A stretch of 63,831 nucleotides of DNA, counting the filler, from Octopus bimaculoides (Eukaryota), in assembly GCF_001194135.2 (NCBI RefSeq). It is 6 parts of 6 records of this genome, joined end to end, with 100 filler letters (N's around TTAATTAATTAA, not from the genome) between each part and the next. Parts side by side here need not be neighbours in the genome. Positions count along the whole stretch, not along the records: positions 15,492 to 42,984 come from NC_068987.1; positions 43,085 to 48,593 come from NC_068996.1; positions 48,694 to 57,367 come from NC_068984.1; 3 more parts are not named here. One strand, 5' to 3'. The notes beneath the pieces are model-generated. The model was not told the origin of the DNA. It searched no databases and saw only the letters and a list, made by a program, of their open reading frames with translations. Made by a program: the position numbers and the translations under genes. Of the stretch, positions 38,419-50,641 are shown piece by piece; position 1 is the first letter of the stretch; each line of letters opens with the position of its first letter.

Positions 38419-39289
38419 GAGAGAGAAAAGGAATGTGTTCAGGAAGAAGATAGAATCTAATGAATTATGGAAATTGAAGGCCACTGGTAGTAGTTACTTT
38501 GGTTATGTGCTGTGATGTTTTTGCAGTGATGCCAATAGGAGACTGTACATTCCTTCATCATGTGTGACCAACTATGTTACACCCTCATAAAATACATATA
38601 CATACTCTCCGATAATTTCTGGCATAATTATCCTAATAATATTGATTTCTAAAATTGGTTCATTTCAACACATTTCCAGGAAGAGTATAATCGATTAAAT
38701 CAGCAACAGGATCTAAATTTTACGTTATTTTAACGGCCTCAGCGGATGGGAGGTAAAGACGGCATTGGCGAAGTTTCAAAAGCTGAGCGTAAAGACCCAA
38801 AAATAAATACTGCAGGGCTCTAAAATTTTGCAAATCAACCATCTTTTATTATGTGCAAGATCTAAATTAATTGTACATGAATCTAGAGCTTGACGTTCTA
38901 CAGTAACCAGGTGGTTTCAAGTTCAGTCCCGCTGTAGCGAGTTTTGAGAGAGTGAGCGAGGGTGAATATTTTGTTTTTCATTGACTGGGACGGATGAAAG
39001 GCAAAACTGATCTAGGTAAGATTTGAACGAAAAAATATATTTATTGTACCTTACTTAAATACTGCAATGTCGTTTGTACGACACTCTAACGATTATAGCT
39101 ATCGATGATCTTTTCCATAGGCATGAGGTCAGAACGTGACATGATACCTGACTGTTGATTATTCTATTGGCCGTAAAAAAATGATTGAACTCAGAACGGA
39201 AAAGGCCGTGTTTCATTTGATGAACTGAAATTCTGAAAAACAAACAAGCAAAAACGAAACTCATTAGATTTCTCTATATTAGGATAATT

Positions 39290-39497
39290 CTTTCTAATTC
39301 TGGAACAAGTCTAGCAACTTTGAAAGTAGGGGACAATTTGATTGTATCGACTACAATATTTGACTGGTACTTACTTTATCGGCCCAGAAAGGATGACAGA
39401 AAATTTAACCTCAGTGAAATTAGAACGTAAAGAGCTGGAAAAAATACCGCTAAACATTTTATTCGACACGCTAGAGGTTGTTCCAGCTCGCCTCTGA
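39290..39497 (-). mobile_element. SINE family C, diverged
   Basis: GACTGGTACTTACTTTATCGGCCCAGAAAGGATG...AAATACCGCTAAACATTT...CCAGCTCGCC. Confidence 0.75.
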
Positions 39498-39541
39498 AGC
39501 CATAAGGCCCTATGCCAACGTTAAACATTAACATTATAAAC

Positions 39542-39709
39542 GTAGGCGCAGGAATGGCTGTGTGGTAAGTAGCTTGCTAACCAACCACATGGTTCCGGGT
39601 TCAGTTCCACTGCGTGGCACCTTGGGCAAGTGTCTTCTACTATAGCCTCGGGCCGACCAAAGCCTCGTGAGTGGATATGGTAGACGGAAACTGAAAGAAG
39701 CCCGTCGTA

Positions 39710-39778
<69 letters not shown>

Positions 39779-39988
39779 GTGTGTGTGTGTATATGTTTGT
39801 GTGTCTGTGTTTGTCCGCCCAACATTGCTTGACAACCGATGCCGGTGTGTTTACGTCCCAGTTCGGCAAAAGAGACCGATAGGCTTAAAAAAGAAAAAGT
39901 CCTGGGGTCGATTTGCTCGACTAAAGGCGGTGCTCCAGCATGGCCGCAGTCAAATGACTGAAACAAGTAAAAGAGTAAAAGAGTAAAA
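39542..39988 (+). mobile_element. SINE family B, full length, young
   Basis: GGCGCAGGAATGGCTGTGTGG head, B-box-like GGTTCAGTTCC, internal (TA)n(TG)n, tandem GAGTAAAA tail. Confidence 0.93.
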
Positions 39989-41050
39989 CAGTAGTGTAAT
40001 TGCTTGTTATGTATACTCAAGTCTGTTGACATCAAATATTGGGCGCTACGCCAGAAAATAAGCAGAGTGATATTATCAATTGGTATTAATCAAATAATAA
40101 ACAATCTTGTGACAAACGCATGTGATTATTATTGCAAAGAAATAAATTGCTCGTATTGACATGGCTGCAACGATTTCTTATATAGTTTATTTTTTAGGTT
40201 TTATATTACGGTAAAAAAAAAAAAAATTACAAACTATTGTTATGGGAAACAACAATATAAGTTCATAATAATCGTTACTAGTACAAGCAACAATCATTAT
40301 GACTATGTATGAATGCGTATATATATATATATATATATATNNNNNNNNNNNNNNNNNNNNNNNNNNNNNNNNNNNNNNNNNNNNNNNNNNNNNNNNNNNN
40401 NNNNNNNNNNNNNNNNNNNNNNNNNNNNNNNNNNNNNNNNNNNNNNNNNNNNNNNNNNNNNNNNNNNNNNNNNNNNNNNNNNNNNNNNNNNNNNNNNNNN
40501 NNNNNNNNNNNNNNNNNNNNNNNNNNNNNNNNNNNNNNNNNNNNNNNNNNNNNNNNNNNNNNNNNNNNNNNNNNNNNNNNNNNNNNNNNNNNNNNNNNNN
40601 NNNNNNNNNNNNNNNNNNNNNNNNNNNNNNNNNNNNNNNNNNNNNNNNNNNNNNNNNNNNNNNNNNNNNNNNNNNNNNNNNNNNNNNNNNNNNNNNNNNN
40701 NNNNNNNNNNNNNNNNNNNNNNNNNNNNNNNNNNNNNNNNNNNNNNNNNNNNNNNNNNNNNNNNNNNNNNNNNNNNNNNNNNNNNNNNNNNNNNNNNNNN
40801 NNNNNNNNNNNNNNNNNNNNNNNNNNNNNNNNNNNNNNNNNNNNNNNNNNNNNNNNNNNNNNNNNNNNNNNNNNNNNNNNNNNNNNNNNNNNNNNNNNNN
40901 NNNNNNNNNNNNNNNNNNNNNNNNNNNNNNNNNNNNNNNNNNNNNNNNNNNNNNNNNNNNNNNNNNNNNNNNNNNNNNNNNNNNNNNNNNNNNNNNNNNN
41001 NNNNNNNNNNNNNNNNNNNNNNNNNNNNNNNNNNNNNNNNNNNNNNNNNN

Positions 41051-41114
<64 letters not shown>

Positions 41115-41535
41115 CATATACATATATATATATATATATGTGTATGTGTGTGTCTGTGTGTGTGTCTGTGTGCATGTGTGTTTGTGTATCCATTCTTTGA
41201 ATGAAAGAGCAAACGGTGGAGGATCTTGGGTGCTTAACGTAATCCGCAGGCAGAATCTGTGCAAAACAAGGTGAACCGGGTAGACCATCGAAAGACAAGT
41301 ACAGGGAACCTGACGGGCTTCCACCCAACTTCCGTCCAGCTAATCTCACTGGCAGAAGTCGGGTCCCGCATGGGAAACCGAACATGTAACTAAGCAAAAG
41401 GCTTTTCCGGTTACAAGTACACATACACCCGCACATATGCACACACACATCACACACACACTCTCTCACGCACACACACACACCACACACAAGCATAAAC
41501 TCAAACACACATTTACACACATTTATCTATCTCTC

Positions 41536-41574
<39 letters not shown>

Positions 41575-42463
41575 TTATCTATTTATTGATAACTATAATT
41601 ACACACAATATATCTATGCATATGCACACACGTGTATATTACATAACATGCATATGAATGATGCATTACAATAAACTCATTTCTATTTGTATATTTATAT
41701 ATATATAAGTTCACAGATTTTAACTATCTATCTATCTCTCTGTCTGTCTATATAACTGTTATTATATATNNNNNNNNNNNNNNNNNNNNNNNNNNNNNNN
41801 NNNNNNNNNNNNNNNNNNNNNNNNNNNNNNNNNNNNNNNNNNNNNNNNNNNNNNNNNNNNNNNNNNNNNNNNNNNNNNNNNNNNNNNNNNNNNNNNNNNN
41901 NNNNNNNNNNNNNNNNNNNNNNNNNNNNNNNNNNNNNNNNNNNNNNNNNNNNNNNNNNNNNNNNNNNNNNNNNNNNNNNNNNNNNNNNNNNNNNNNNNNN
42001 NNNNNNNNNNNNNNNNNNNNNNNNNNNNNNNNNNNNNNNNNNNNNNNNNNNNNNNNNNNNNNNNNNNNNNNNNNNNNNNNNNNNNNNNNNNNNNNNNNNN
42101 NNNNNNNNNNNNNNNNNNNNNNNNNNNNNNNNNNNNNNNNNNNNNNNNNNNNNNNNNNNNNNNNNNNNNNNNNNNNNNNNNNNNNNNNNNNNNNNNNNNN
42201 NNNNNNNNNNNNNNNNNNNNNNNNNNNNNNNNNNNNNNNNNNNNNNNNNNNNNNNNNNNNNNNNNNNNNNNNNNNNNNNNNNNNNNNNNNNNNNNNNNNN
42301 NNNNNNNNNNNNNNNNNNNNNNNNNNNNNNNNNNNNNNNNNNNNNNNNNNNNNNNNNNNNNNNNNNNNNNNNNNNNNNNNNNNNNNNNNNNNNNNNNNNN
42401 NNNNNNNNNNNNNNNNNNNNNNNNNNNNNNNNNNNNNNNNNNNNNNNNNNNNNNNNNNNNNNN

Positions 42464-42520
<57 letters not shown>

Positions 42521-43587
42521 ATGCATATAAATTTGTGTAAATTTGAGTGTATTAGAATAACATGGATTGAGGGGGAATGGAAGAAATGGCTATGTACATT
42601 ATTTTGCAAAGGAGTTTGGGATGAAGTTTGAAAAATTGAAGGAGATTGAACGTCGTGATAAAAATTCAATTCTAAAATTAGAGGCTAACTGGACCGGCGG
42701 GGAGTTTCGGTCGTTTTTTGAATTCTAATAAGATACAGTGAAGTATTGAATACAATTCGTTATCAGACCATTGCAGAAGATACTTGGATGTATGCTTCAG
42801 CTGCATACATAAAGGCTCAGATATATACACACCCGTTAGCGTATACGCGGACACATACATGCTCATACAAACACGCGTGCGCACATTTCATCTTAAGAGT
42901 AAAATACATATACGCATGAACGCACACACACATATATACGTAACGCAAACGTTGTTCACAGGTACACGCATGCTAATATATATANNNNNNNNNNNNNNNN
43001 NNNNNNNNNNNNNNNNNNNNNNNNNNNNTTAATTAATTAANNNNNNNNNNNNNNNNNNNNNNNNNNNNNNNNNNNNNNNNNNNNATTAAAAAAGAAAATG
43101 GCCAAAATCGATCCAGATAGTTATTGTAAGGCTTATAGTGTTCCAAACAGCCATAACAACGAAATCACTTTAAAATTTGTTTTACAAAAATTAAACGGGT
43201 ATTTAAAAAAATTTTCATTCAATAAATAATGTTTTTACATTACGTATACATTAATAGAATAAAATGTCAGTTTTCCAAATACCGAATTAAAAAGACATTG
43301 CAAGTGAAAATGGAATACTCCGTAGTGAATGTAATGAATATTTAAATTTATGAAGAATTGGACGCAGTGAGTGTAATGGATATTTAAATTTGAGAGAAAT
43401 TGGAGTTAAAAAATTCAATAAACTTGATAAATCGAAATTATAGGAAATTTCTTAGACCATGAATTTCTAAAAATATTTCCAGACAGTCAACCTTTTAATA
43501 ATTGCATTTTTTAGTACTTTTAGTAACTGTTACATACCTAATTAATAAGCAGCTTTTTCCATTATAGTATAGATAGATATTAATATC

Positions 43588-43714
43588 GGTTTCAATCTTT
43601 GGCACAGAGCCAGCAATTTAGGGGAATAGGATAAGTCGATTACATCGACCTCTGTTTTCAACTGATACTTATTTTATCGACCCCGAAAGGATGGAAGGTA
43701 AAGTGAACCACAGC
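43588..43714 (-). mobile_element. SINE family C, 3' half
   Basis: GGTTTCAATCTTTGGCACA...TTATCGACCCCGAAAGGATGGAAGG. Confidence 0.8.
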
Positions 43715-43751
43715 GGAATTATATTAATATAGATATATATATGTTGATTGT

Positions 43752-44141
43752 GGAGGCGCAATGGCCCAGTGGTTAGGGCAGCGGACTCGCAATCATCGGA
43801 TCGCGGTTTCGATTCCCAGACCGGGCATTGTGAGTGTTTATTGAGCGAAAACACCTAAAGCTCCACGAGGCTCCGGCAGAGGATGGTGGCGAACCCTGCT
43901 GTACTCTTTCACCACAACTTTCTCTCACTCTTACTTCCTATTTCTGTTGTGACTGTAATTCAAAGGGTCAGCCTTGTCACACTGTGTCACGCTGAATGTC
44001 CCCGAGAACTACGTTAAGGGTACACGTGTCTGTGGAGTGCTCAGCCACTTGCACGTTAATTTCACGAGCAGGCTGTTCCGTTGATCGGATCAACTGGAAC
44101 CCTCGACGTCGTAAGCGACGGAGTGCCAACAACAACAACAA
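43752..44141 (+). mobile_element. SINE family A, full length, with (AAC)n tail and TSD-like flanks
   Basis: A and B boxes present; ATATGTTGA occurs on both sides. Confidence 0.93.
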
Positions 44142-44223
44142 TATGTTGAGTTCTGAATCGACGGAAGTTCACTCCACCGTTGAATGACTGGAATTTGCTT
44201 ACATAGGTGTAAATAGTCTTATA

Positions 44224-44669
44224 CAGGGTGTCCCAAAATTAACTATCTATTTCAGTGAAATCGGACAATTTTTTTTTTAAACTCACTTTTATCTGTTTAT
44301 CATGTTTAATATGTAAAAATTGTATAATTTTTTAATTTTGTTTATAATTTTATAATTTTGTTTATAATTTTATAATTTTCTTTTATAATTTTATTTTCAT
44401 TTCTGTTGGATCTCGCTTATCGGTCCATGACAGCTTCTTTTCAATTTGGCTGCAATCATTTCCTCTACCTCCATCCCCAGGATAGAGCAAAATGTGTTTC
44501 GCAAAGCTAAGGATAATTTGGAATTTGCAGCGATACAGAAAGTTTTGATAAGATTTATAAATCTATTTGCTTTAGTATCTTAATTAAGTAATAAACTTAA
44601 AATTCTGTCAGATTTTTTTTTAAATTGTCGGATTTAATTGAAATGGATAGTTAATTCTAGGACACTCTG
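44224..44669. mobile_element. Tc1/mariner-type MITE (446 bp) with ~55-bp TIRs and TA target duplication
   Basis: Left end TA|CAGGGTGTCCCAAAATTAACTATCTATTTCAGTGAAATCGGACAATT. The reverse complement of the right end is TA|CAGAGTGTCCTAGAATTAACTATCCATTTCAATTAAATCCGACAATT. No internal ORF. Confidence 0.9.
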
Positions 44670-45171
44670 TATAACTATACTTGTGCATTCACACATATTC
44701 ACAGTTAGCTAGTGTTATATGTCATCAATGTAGTAGATATATAAACATTTTTCCTGTCATCTGAGATTAGTACGCATGCTGATACTTGACAAGAATTGTT
44801 CAACCTTGCACCATAGTGATACATGCAACTGCATAAACACACATATGAAAGAATAGAATTCGTGTACACAGGTCTAGAAAGTTTTATATAATTACATTCC
44901 TCTATTCACAAGTATCACAGCTAAAAATATGTGTAATCTATGTAGTAGATGCACAAATATTTTTTTCTATGTTACATCCGATATTCATATACATAATGAT
45001 ACTTGCCAGTATACATACAATTGCATAGATATAGGGGCAATTAGAAATGTTTACAGTAGAAATGTTTATCAGAAAGAGGAGTATTCCCAATGTATTCAGA
45101 CATTCAGTAGCCAATACCTATGGACGAGCTTTGCATAGCATACTACAATGATTTTACCCAAATTTTATTCA

Positions 45172-45456
45172 ACTTAGTGGTTAAAGCGTCGGGTTCACAA
45201 TCATGAGGTAGTGAGTTCGATTCCCGGACCGGGCTACGTGTTGTATTCTTGATCAAAACACCTTATATCACGTTGCTCCAGTTCACTCAGTTGTAAAAAT
45301 TAGTTGCGACGTCACTGGTGCCAAGCTGCATCGGTCATTGCCTTTTCCTTGGATAACATCAGTGGCAGGAGAGGTGAGGCTAGTATGCTTGGGCAACCGC
45401 TGGTCTTCCTTAAACAACCTTGCCCGGATTGTGCCTAGAGGGTAACTTTCTAGGTA
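45172..45456 (+). mobile_element. SINE family D, 3'-truncated
   Basis: CTTAGTGGTTAAAGCGTCGG...GAGTTCGATTCCCGG...GGTAACTTTCTAGGT. Confidence 0.9.
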
Positions 45457-45639
45457 CACACAGCCACACCTAAATCTTCAAAAGTACTCGCCTAAAATAA
45501 TTTATTTCCCACATGATGGGGAAAAACATCCAGCTATTCTTCTTCATTAAGCTATAGACACTTTCCCTACTTTTGTGTATTTAGTACGAATTTTTAAATA
45601 ATGTAGAACTGAGTCAACCCGTCGCAAAACGCATGTGCA

Positions 45640-45840
45640 TGTTAGCAGATCTCTGTCATTCAGCAATGCTGAGTCAGTTATTTGAATTACTTGCTCCTGA
45701 ATCAACATTTAAGTGGTTCAGCATTCCACAGACACGTGTACCCCTAACATAATTCTCAGACGTGATACAAGTCTGTACCTTTTGACTTACAGGTACAATC
45801 CACCTGACGGGCTTCAGCTAATTTCGCAAATAAGGTATGA
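45640..45840 (-). mobile_element. Old SINE relic with a B-like middle and an A-like tail
   Basis: The minus strand reads GAAGCCCGTC (B) followed by GTACCTGTAAGTCAAAAGG...GGGTACACGTGTCTGTGGAATGCT (A). Confidence 0.6.
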
Positions 45841-46519
45841 GTTGATTTGTAGCTGCCGCTTGACTGTTCTCTAAAAGCAACGTGTATATAGATTTTCAGT
45901 CCTGTTAGGAACCTCCACTCTTTTACACTGATGCTGGAATGGTGTACATGTTTTACAGTGGGTGTTAAGAGAGTATACATCCCGTGTTGATACACGCTTT
46001 TATTCCATCATAGTATTTTTCAATTGTGTGTTTTGCCTTTCTTAGCTATGGGCCAGCTATAGTATGTAACACATAACAGAGATCTCAAGAATCAAGTGAC
46101 TATCTATACCTGAAGCTTTTTAAAGAGAGGATAGGCCTTGCTCCGCACCAATCCCACTTTTTGAACAGTGGATACATTTGCCCCAAAAGGAAGACCAGTC
46201 TACATCATTGGATGCAAACAAGGTCGCAGGTGTAACATCAGAGTTTCCCTTCTCGTAGAGAGACGTCTAAACAAAGACTTAAGGGTCTCTCATTCCCTGT
46301 TGTGCGATGGCTATTGACTGTACTTTTATTTCATCCATCCTTTGACAGGTTTTGTTTTACGTCCTACAGAGTATCCAACAAAACCACCCACTTTGCCAGT
46401 GTTACTGGTTTCGCTGATTACTCGATCATGCAACAAATTTATACTGGGCTATTTGTTACACGTAGCACTAAAAGTAACCTGCCCTAAGTTAGTGTATAAA
46501 CGTCCAACGTAACTGGTAT

Positions 46520-47277
46520 GTCATCAGATGCGAGTCTACTTTCAGGCAGATTGAGATCATTAGACCAGCTCCACCTCGCCTGCCTCCTTTCCGCTTCACA
46601 GCCAAACAGGGACACATGGGCTCAATTCGATGTCCTCCTCAGCTTACGTTACCCTTCTAGATCACGAGTGCACTCATATCGGAGTGGCCCAACGCCTCGT
46701 TCTCCACGCGTGTGAGCCGCAGAAATGCCGTTGTGGAGCGATAGTCAATGATCGGCCTGCATCCATTATCCTGCGTGGGCCGGTTACTCCGATACGCCTC
46801 TCTGAATGCCATAATCAGAAAGGGTAGCGACGCCGCTTGTTTCCCATCTCAACTGGAGCCAATAAGTCTCGACCACGGAGACGGTAAGTACCCGGACGAA
46901 ATAACCCTCTTCTTATTCGAGGGTGGTAGATCCCTAGTCTGAGCCGCAACGTGCGACACGTTCTCCGGCTCCAACCTAGCGGTATCGGCTGCAAGCCCGG
47001 GTATCGTCGCCCGTAACGCAGAGGAGAGAAAAGTGCATAAAGACAAGTGATTAGCCGACTGTTATCAGTTTGTACCAGTCGCCATCGAGACGTCAGGTGT
47101 TCTCGGATACCGCACAGCAGATTCCCCCCCCCCCCCCNNNNNNNNNNNTGCAAAATAGGGAAAACAGAGGCCTATCTGAGAAATGAGCCCCGCGGGTTGG
47201 AGTGGATGCTACAGCTAGTGCGACTGACCACTCTCCGCGATAACGCCATCGCAGTCATCACTGCGGGGAACAGCTGA
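46520..47277 (+). mobile_element. CRE-clade-like non-LTR retrotransposon 3' end: zinc knuckle + restriction-like endonuclease (5'-truncated, frameshifted)
   Basis: Across frames: DQLHLACLLSASQP / TLLDHE..IGVAQRL...CEPQKCRCGAIVND / LHPLSC / RYASLNAIIRKG...LEPISLDHGDGKYPDEITLFLFEGGRSLV*AATCDTF...AEERKVHK / YQFVPVAIETSGVLG / EPRGLEWMLQLVRLTTLRDNAIAV*. This is the C-x-C...H...C, RH, PD..D, E..K layout. Confidence 0.85.
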
Positions 47278-48693
47278 GCACACCATTTGTTCTGGAGTAT
47301 GTGGACCATTTCCCCCTCCCCTTCATGTTCTGCTACTTAACCCTCTCCTTTTTCATTTTTTCGTTTTGTTTTTCTGTTTCTTTGTTTCTTTTTATTTAAA
47401 TGTTACAATTTAAAATGTTATCAGTTAGTTTAATAAGTAAAATATATTTATTTAAAAAGAAATATTTATTGACTATTTCACAAATACAAGCAAGAGTGTT
47501 GTTATGTTTTGCAATAATGTTGTATTTGTTGTTATAAAAGAACTTGCAGTTGTTAACTTAGAGTTATCATATGCAAATACACGTACGCATAAAAAATCTA
47601 GCGGTGAATACACGTGTGATAACGAAAAATAAAGGCTATGTCCGTCATTGATCAACATATTTTCCATCATTTCGACAAGTAATGAAGACAATTTTGAACA
47701 AGTTTCAGTTTTATTAGATATACTTGGTGAAGCACAGACTTGCTGATAATAGATATACACTCGAGTATGTATGAAACGTAAGGATATTGCGAAAACTAAA
47801 GTTAAACTTGGAAACGCCAAACTCATTGCGAAGCAATAGTTAAGTGAATTTTCAGTGGAGTATTTGACTGAAAAAAAAACTCATCGTAACTATGAGCTAT
47901 CACGTCACTACTTTCTGTTTCTCCCATGCAAGTGTGTATCAAAATGTTTTAACTTTATTAAAAATAGAAATAAAATAAAGTGGATAAGATAAAATCATTT
48001 CTTGTATAAACGTAGGATAATGATCCCATCACATCACGTCACCAAAGATGGGTGTTGTAGTCAAGAACGAGCATCTTGCACAAAAAAATGGCTGAAGAGA
48101 GATCCTGTTTAAGTTATAATAATCACCATTGATACGTCATCATTGCCATTGTAGTAGGTTGGGCTGAGCTGTCGAAAGCGTAGAGAACCTCAGCATGCAG
48201 CTTTTTTGTAGAAGATAGCATTAATTGATTTCTTTTTTTTTCTTGCAATTTTAAGTCCAAAAATAGTATTGGGAAAGAAAGAAAGAAAGAAACAAATAAA
48301 CAAACAAACAAACAAAGAGGAGTGGGAGGTGTGAAGGTCCTCAAGATGTTCTACTTCAAAGTCTGTGACGTTGCGATCGACATTCTCGAACAAGTTGTAC
48401 ATGTTAATTTGCCCATTTGTCTGAGTGAAATCAGCATCAGAATATTATCTAAGTATATCTGAAGAAGAAAACGGGGAACAGCAGGTGTTAAGCACGCTGC
48501 TCTCTAGCTAAACCAAATACGTAATAGCGAGCAAATGTGACACATCTGATTCCCACAGGAAGTCCAGTTTGTTAATATATATATATATATATANNNNNNN
48601 NNNNNNNNNNNNNNNNNNNNNNNNNNNNNNNNNNNNNTTAATTAATTAANNNNNNNNNNNNNNNNNNNNNNNNNNNNNNNNNNNNNNNNNNNN

Positions 48694-48935
48694 GATAGAG
48701 AGATAGACAGACAGAGAGGCAGACAGAGGGACAAACAGGTAGGAAGACAGACAGACAGACAGACACACAGACAAATAGATAGGTAGGTAGATAGATAGAT
48801 AGATAGTTAGATAGATAGATAGACGAACAGACAGACAGACATACCGACAGATAGAGAGATAGACAGACAGAGAGGCAGACAGAGAGACAGAGAGATAGGA
48901 AGACAGACAGACAGACAGGTAGATAGATAGATAGG

Positions 48936-48984
<49 letters not shown>

Positions 48985-49020
48985 GGATAGATAGATAGAC
49001 TGAGAGATAGATAGACAGAC
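48694..49020. repeat. (GATA)n/(GACA)n microsatellite
   Basis: Directly visible. Confidence 0.95.
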
Positions 49021-49351
49021 ACAGAGAGAAAGAGGGTGGGGGAGGTAATGTAAATGATGAAGATAGCGTGTTTGTGTGTACATGCTTGTGTGTGTGTGAA
49101 AGGCGGGGGAGGGGAGAATGGAGAGAGAAAATCATTTAGAGAGAAAGATTATTGACAGAATAGAGAGAAGAATGGTGATAGACGAAGGAAATGTGTGTGT
49201 GTGTATGCTTGCACGCGTGTGTCTGATATAGTGTGTTAGAGTATGTGTACATGCATGGATGTGTGTGAGTGTGTGTGTGTGAGAGAGAGAGTTAGACTCT
49301 GTCTCACAGAGATAGTGCGTCCGCGTGTTTGAGTATGTTTGTGAGTGTGTA

Positions 49352-49399
<48 letters not shown>

Positions 49400-50640
49400 G
49401 AAAGAAGAAAGAGGGATTTTACAGAGAGAAAGTTACATATAAAAGACAAAGAGAATGATAGACACNNNNNNNNNNNNNNNNNNNNNNNNNNNNNNNNNNN
49501 NNNNNNNNNNNNNNNNNNNNNNNNNNNNNNNNNNNNNNNNNNNNNNNNNNNNNNNNNNNNNNNNNNNNNNNNNNNNNNNNNNNNNNNNNNNNNNNNNNNN
49601 NNNNNNNNNNNNNNNNNNNNNNNNNNNNNNNNNNNNNNNNNNNNNNNNNNNNNNNNNNNNNNNNNNNNNNNNNNNNNNNNNNNNNNNNNNNNNNNNNNNN
49701 NNNNNNNNNNNNNNNNNNNNNNNNNNNNTTTGTGTGTGTGTTTGTGTGTATGTGTGTGTGTGTTTGTGTGTGTGTGTATGTGTGTGTGTATGTGTGTGTG
49801 AGTGTGTGGGTGTGAGAGAGGCTTTTCAAGAGACAAAATGACAGAGAATGATGGAGGCACACAAAGGGTTTTGTGTGTGTGTTTGAATGTGTAAGAGAAT
49901 GAGGAAGAGAGAACGAAAGACAAAGAGAAAAGACTCAGAGAATGACAGACATTCGAAGAGAGGGCGAGAAAGAGAGAGAGAAAGAGAGAGCGAAAAAGAG
50001 AAAGATAGAAAGAGAAAGATAGAAAGAGAGAGAAAAAGAAAGAAAGATACTGAGTGTATATGCATGTGTGCGTGTGTATTCTGTGTCTTTGTACATGTGC
50101 GCCAATGTGTATGTGTATGTGTGTGTGTGTGTGACTACGTGCGTGCGCAATGTGTGTGTGTGAGTGAAACAAGGAAAGTAGGAAGTTGAAGGAGAAAAGA
50201 TTGCATGTTTCAACGTGAAAGAGATGTGTGAAAGATGTTTGATTTGTCATGCTGTGTGTGTGTGCGTGTGTGCGTACTATTATGCATTCATGCATGTGTA
50301 CAAGTGTGTTTTGCATGCATGTGTAAATATGTGAGTGTGCAGCCTTGTGTATACGCGCGCATGCGAGCGTGTGTATGTGTTCGTGAGTTTGTCGTACATC
50401 CATCTGTATGTGTGTGTATGCGCATGTCAGACAGTGATTATTTGAGAGAAGGGAATAAGAAATGGACGAAAGAAGAGAAAAGAGAGACGCAGAAAGAGAG
50501 AGAGATAGGGAGGGACAGAGAGAGGGCGGAAAGAAAAAACAGAAAAAAGAGAATGAGTAAACAACAGAAATGAGGGTGAGGAAGAAGAGAAGGAAAAGCG
50601 AAAAAGAGAATGTGTAAGAGACTGGGTTAGGGAATAAAGA
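49020..50640. repeat. GA- and GT-rich low-complexity region with gap
   Basis: Directly visible; it is the source of the 532-aa pseudo-ORF. Confidence 0.85.
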
Positions 50641-50641
50641 A

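Noticed and set aside
42689-42720. GACCG...CGGTC hairpin followed by a T run, terminator-like
   Set aside because: The stem is only 5 bp, intrinsic terminators are not expected in this context, and there is no upstream Pol III gene.
45756-45995. ORF ending ...EARQVDCTCKSKG, superficially like a SWIM zinc finger
   Set aside because: The Cys-containing part is translated from the old SINE relic at 45640-45840.
46000-46510. Possible Gypsy integrase remnant on the minus strand (LRAGYF, CQR)
   Set aside because: Only isolated short matches among many stops, with no coherent HHCC or DDE motif.
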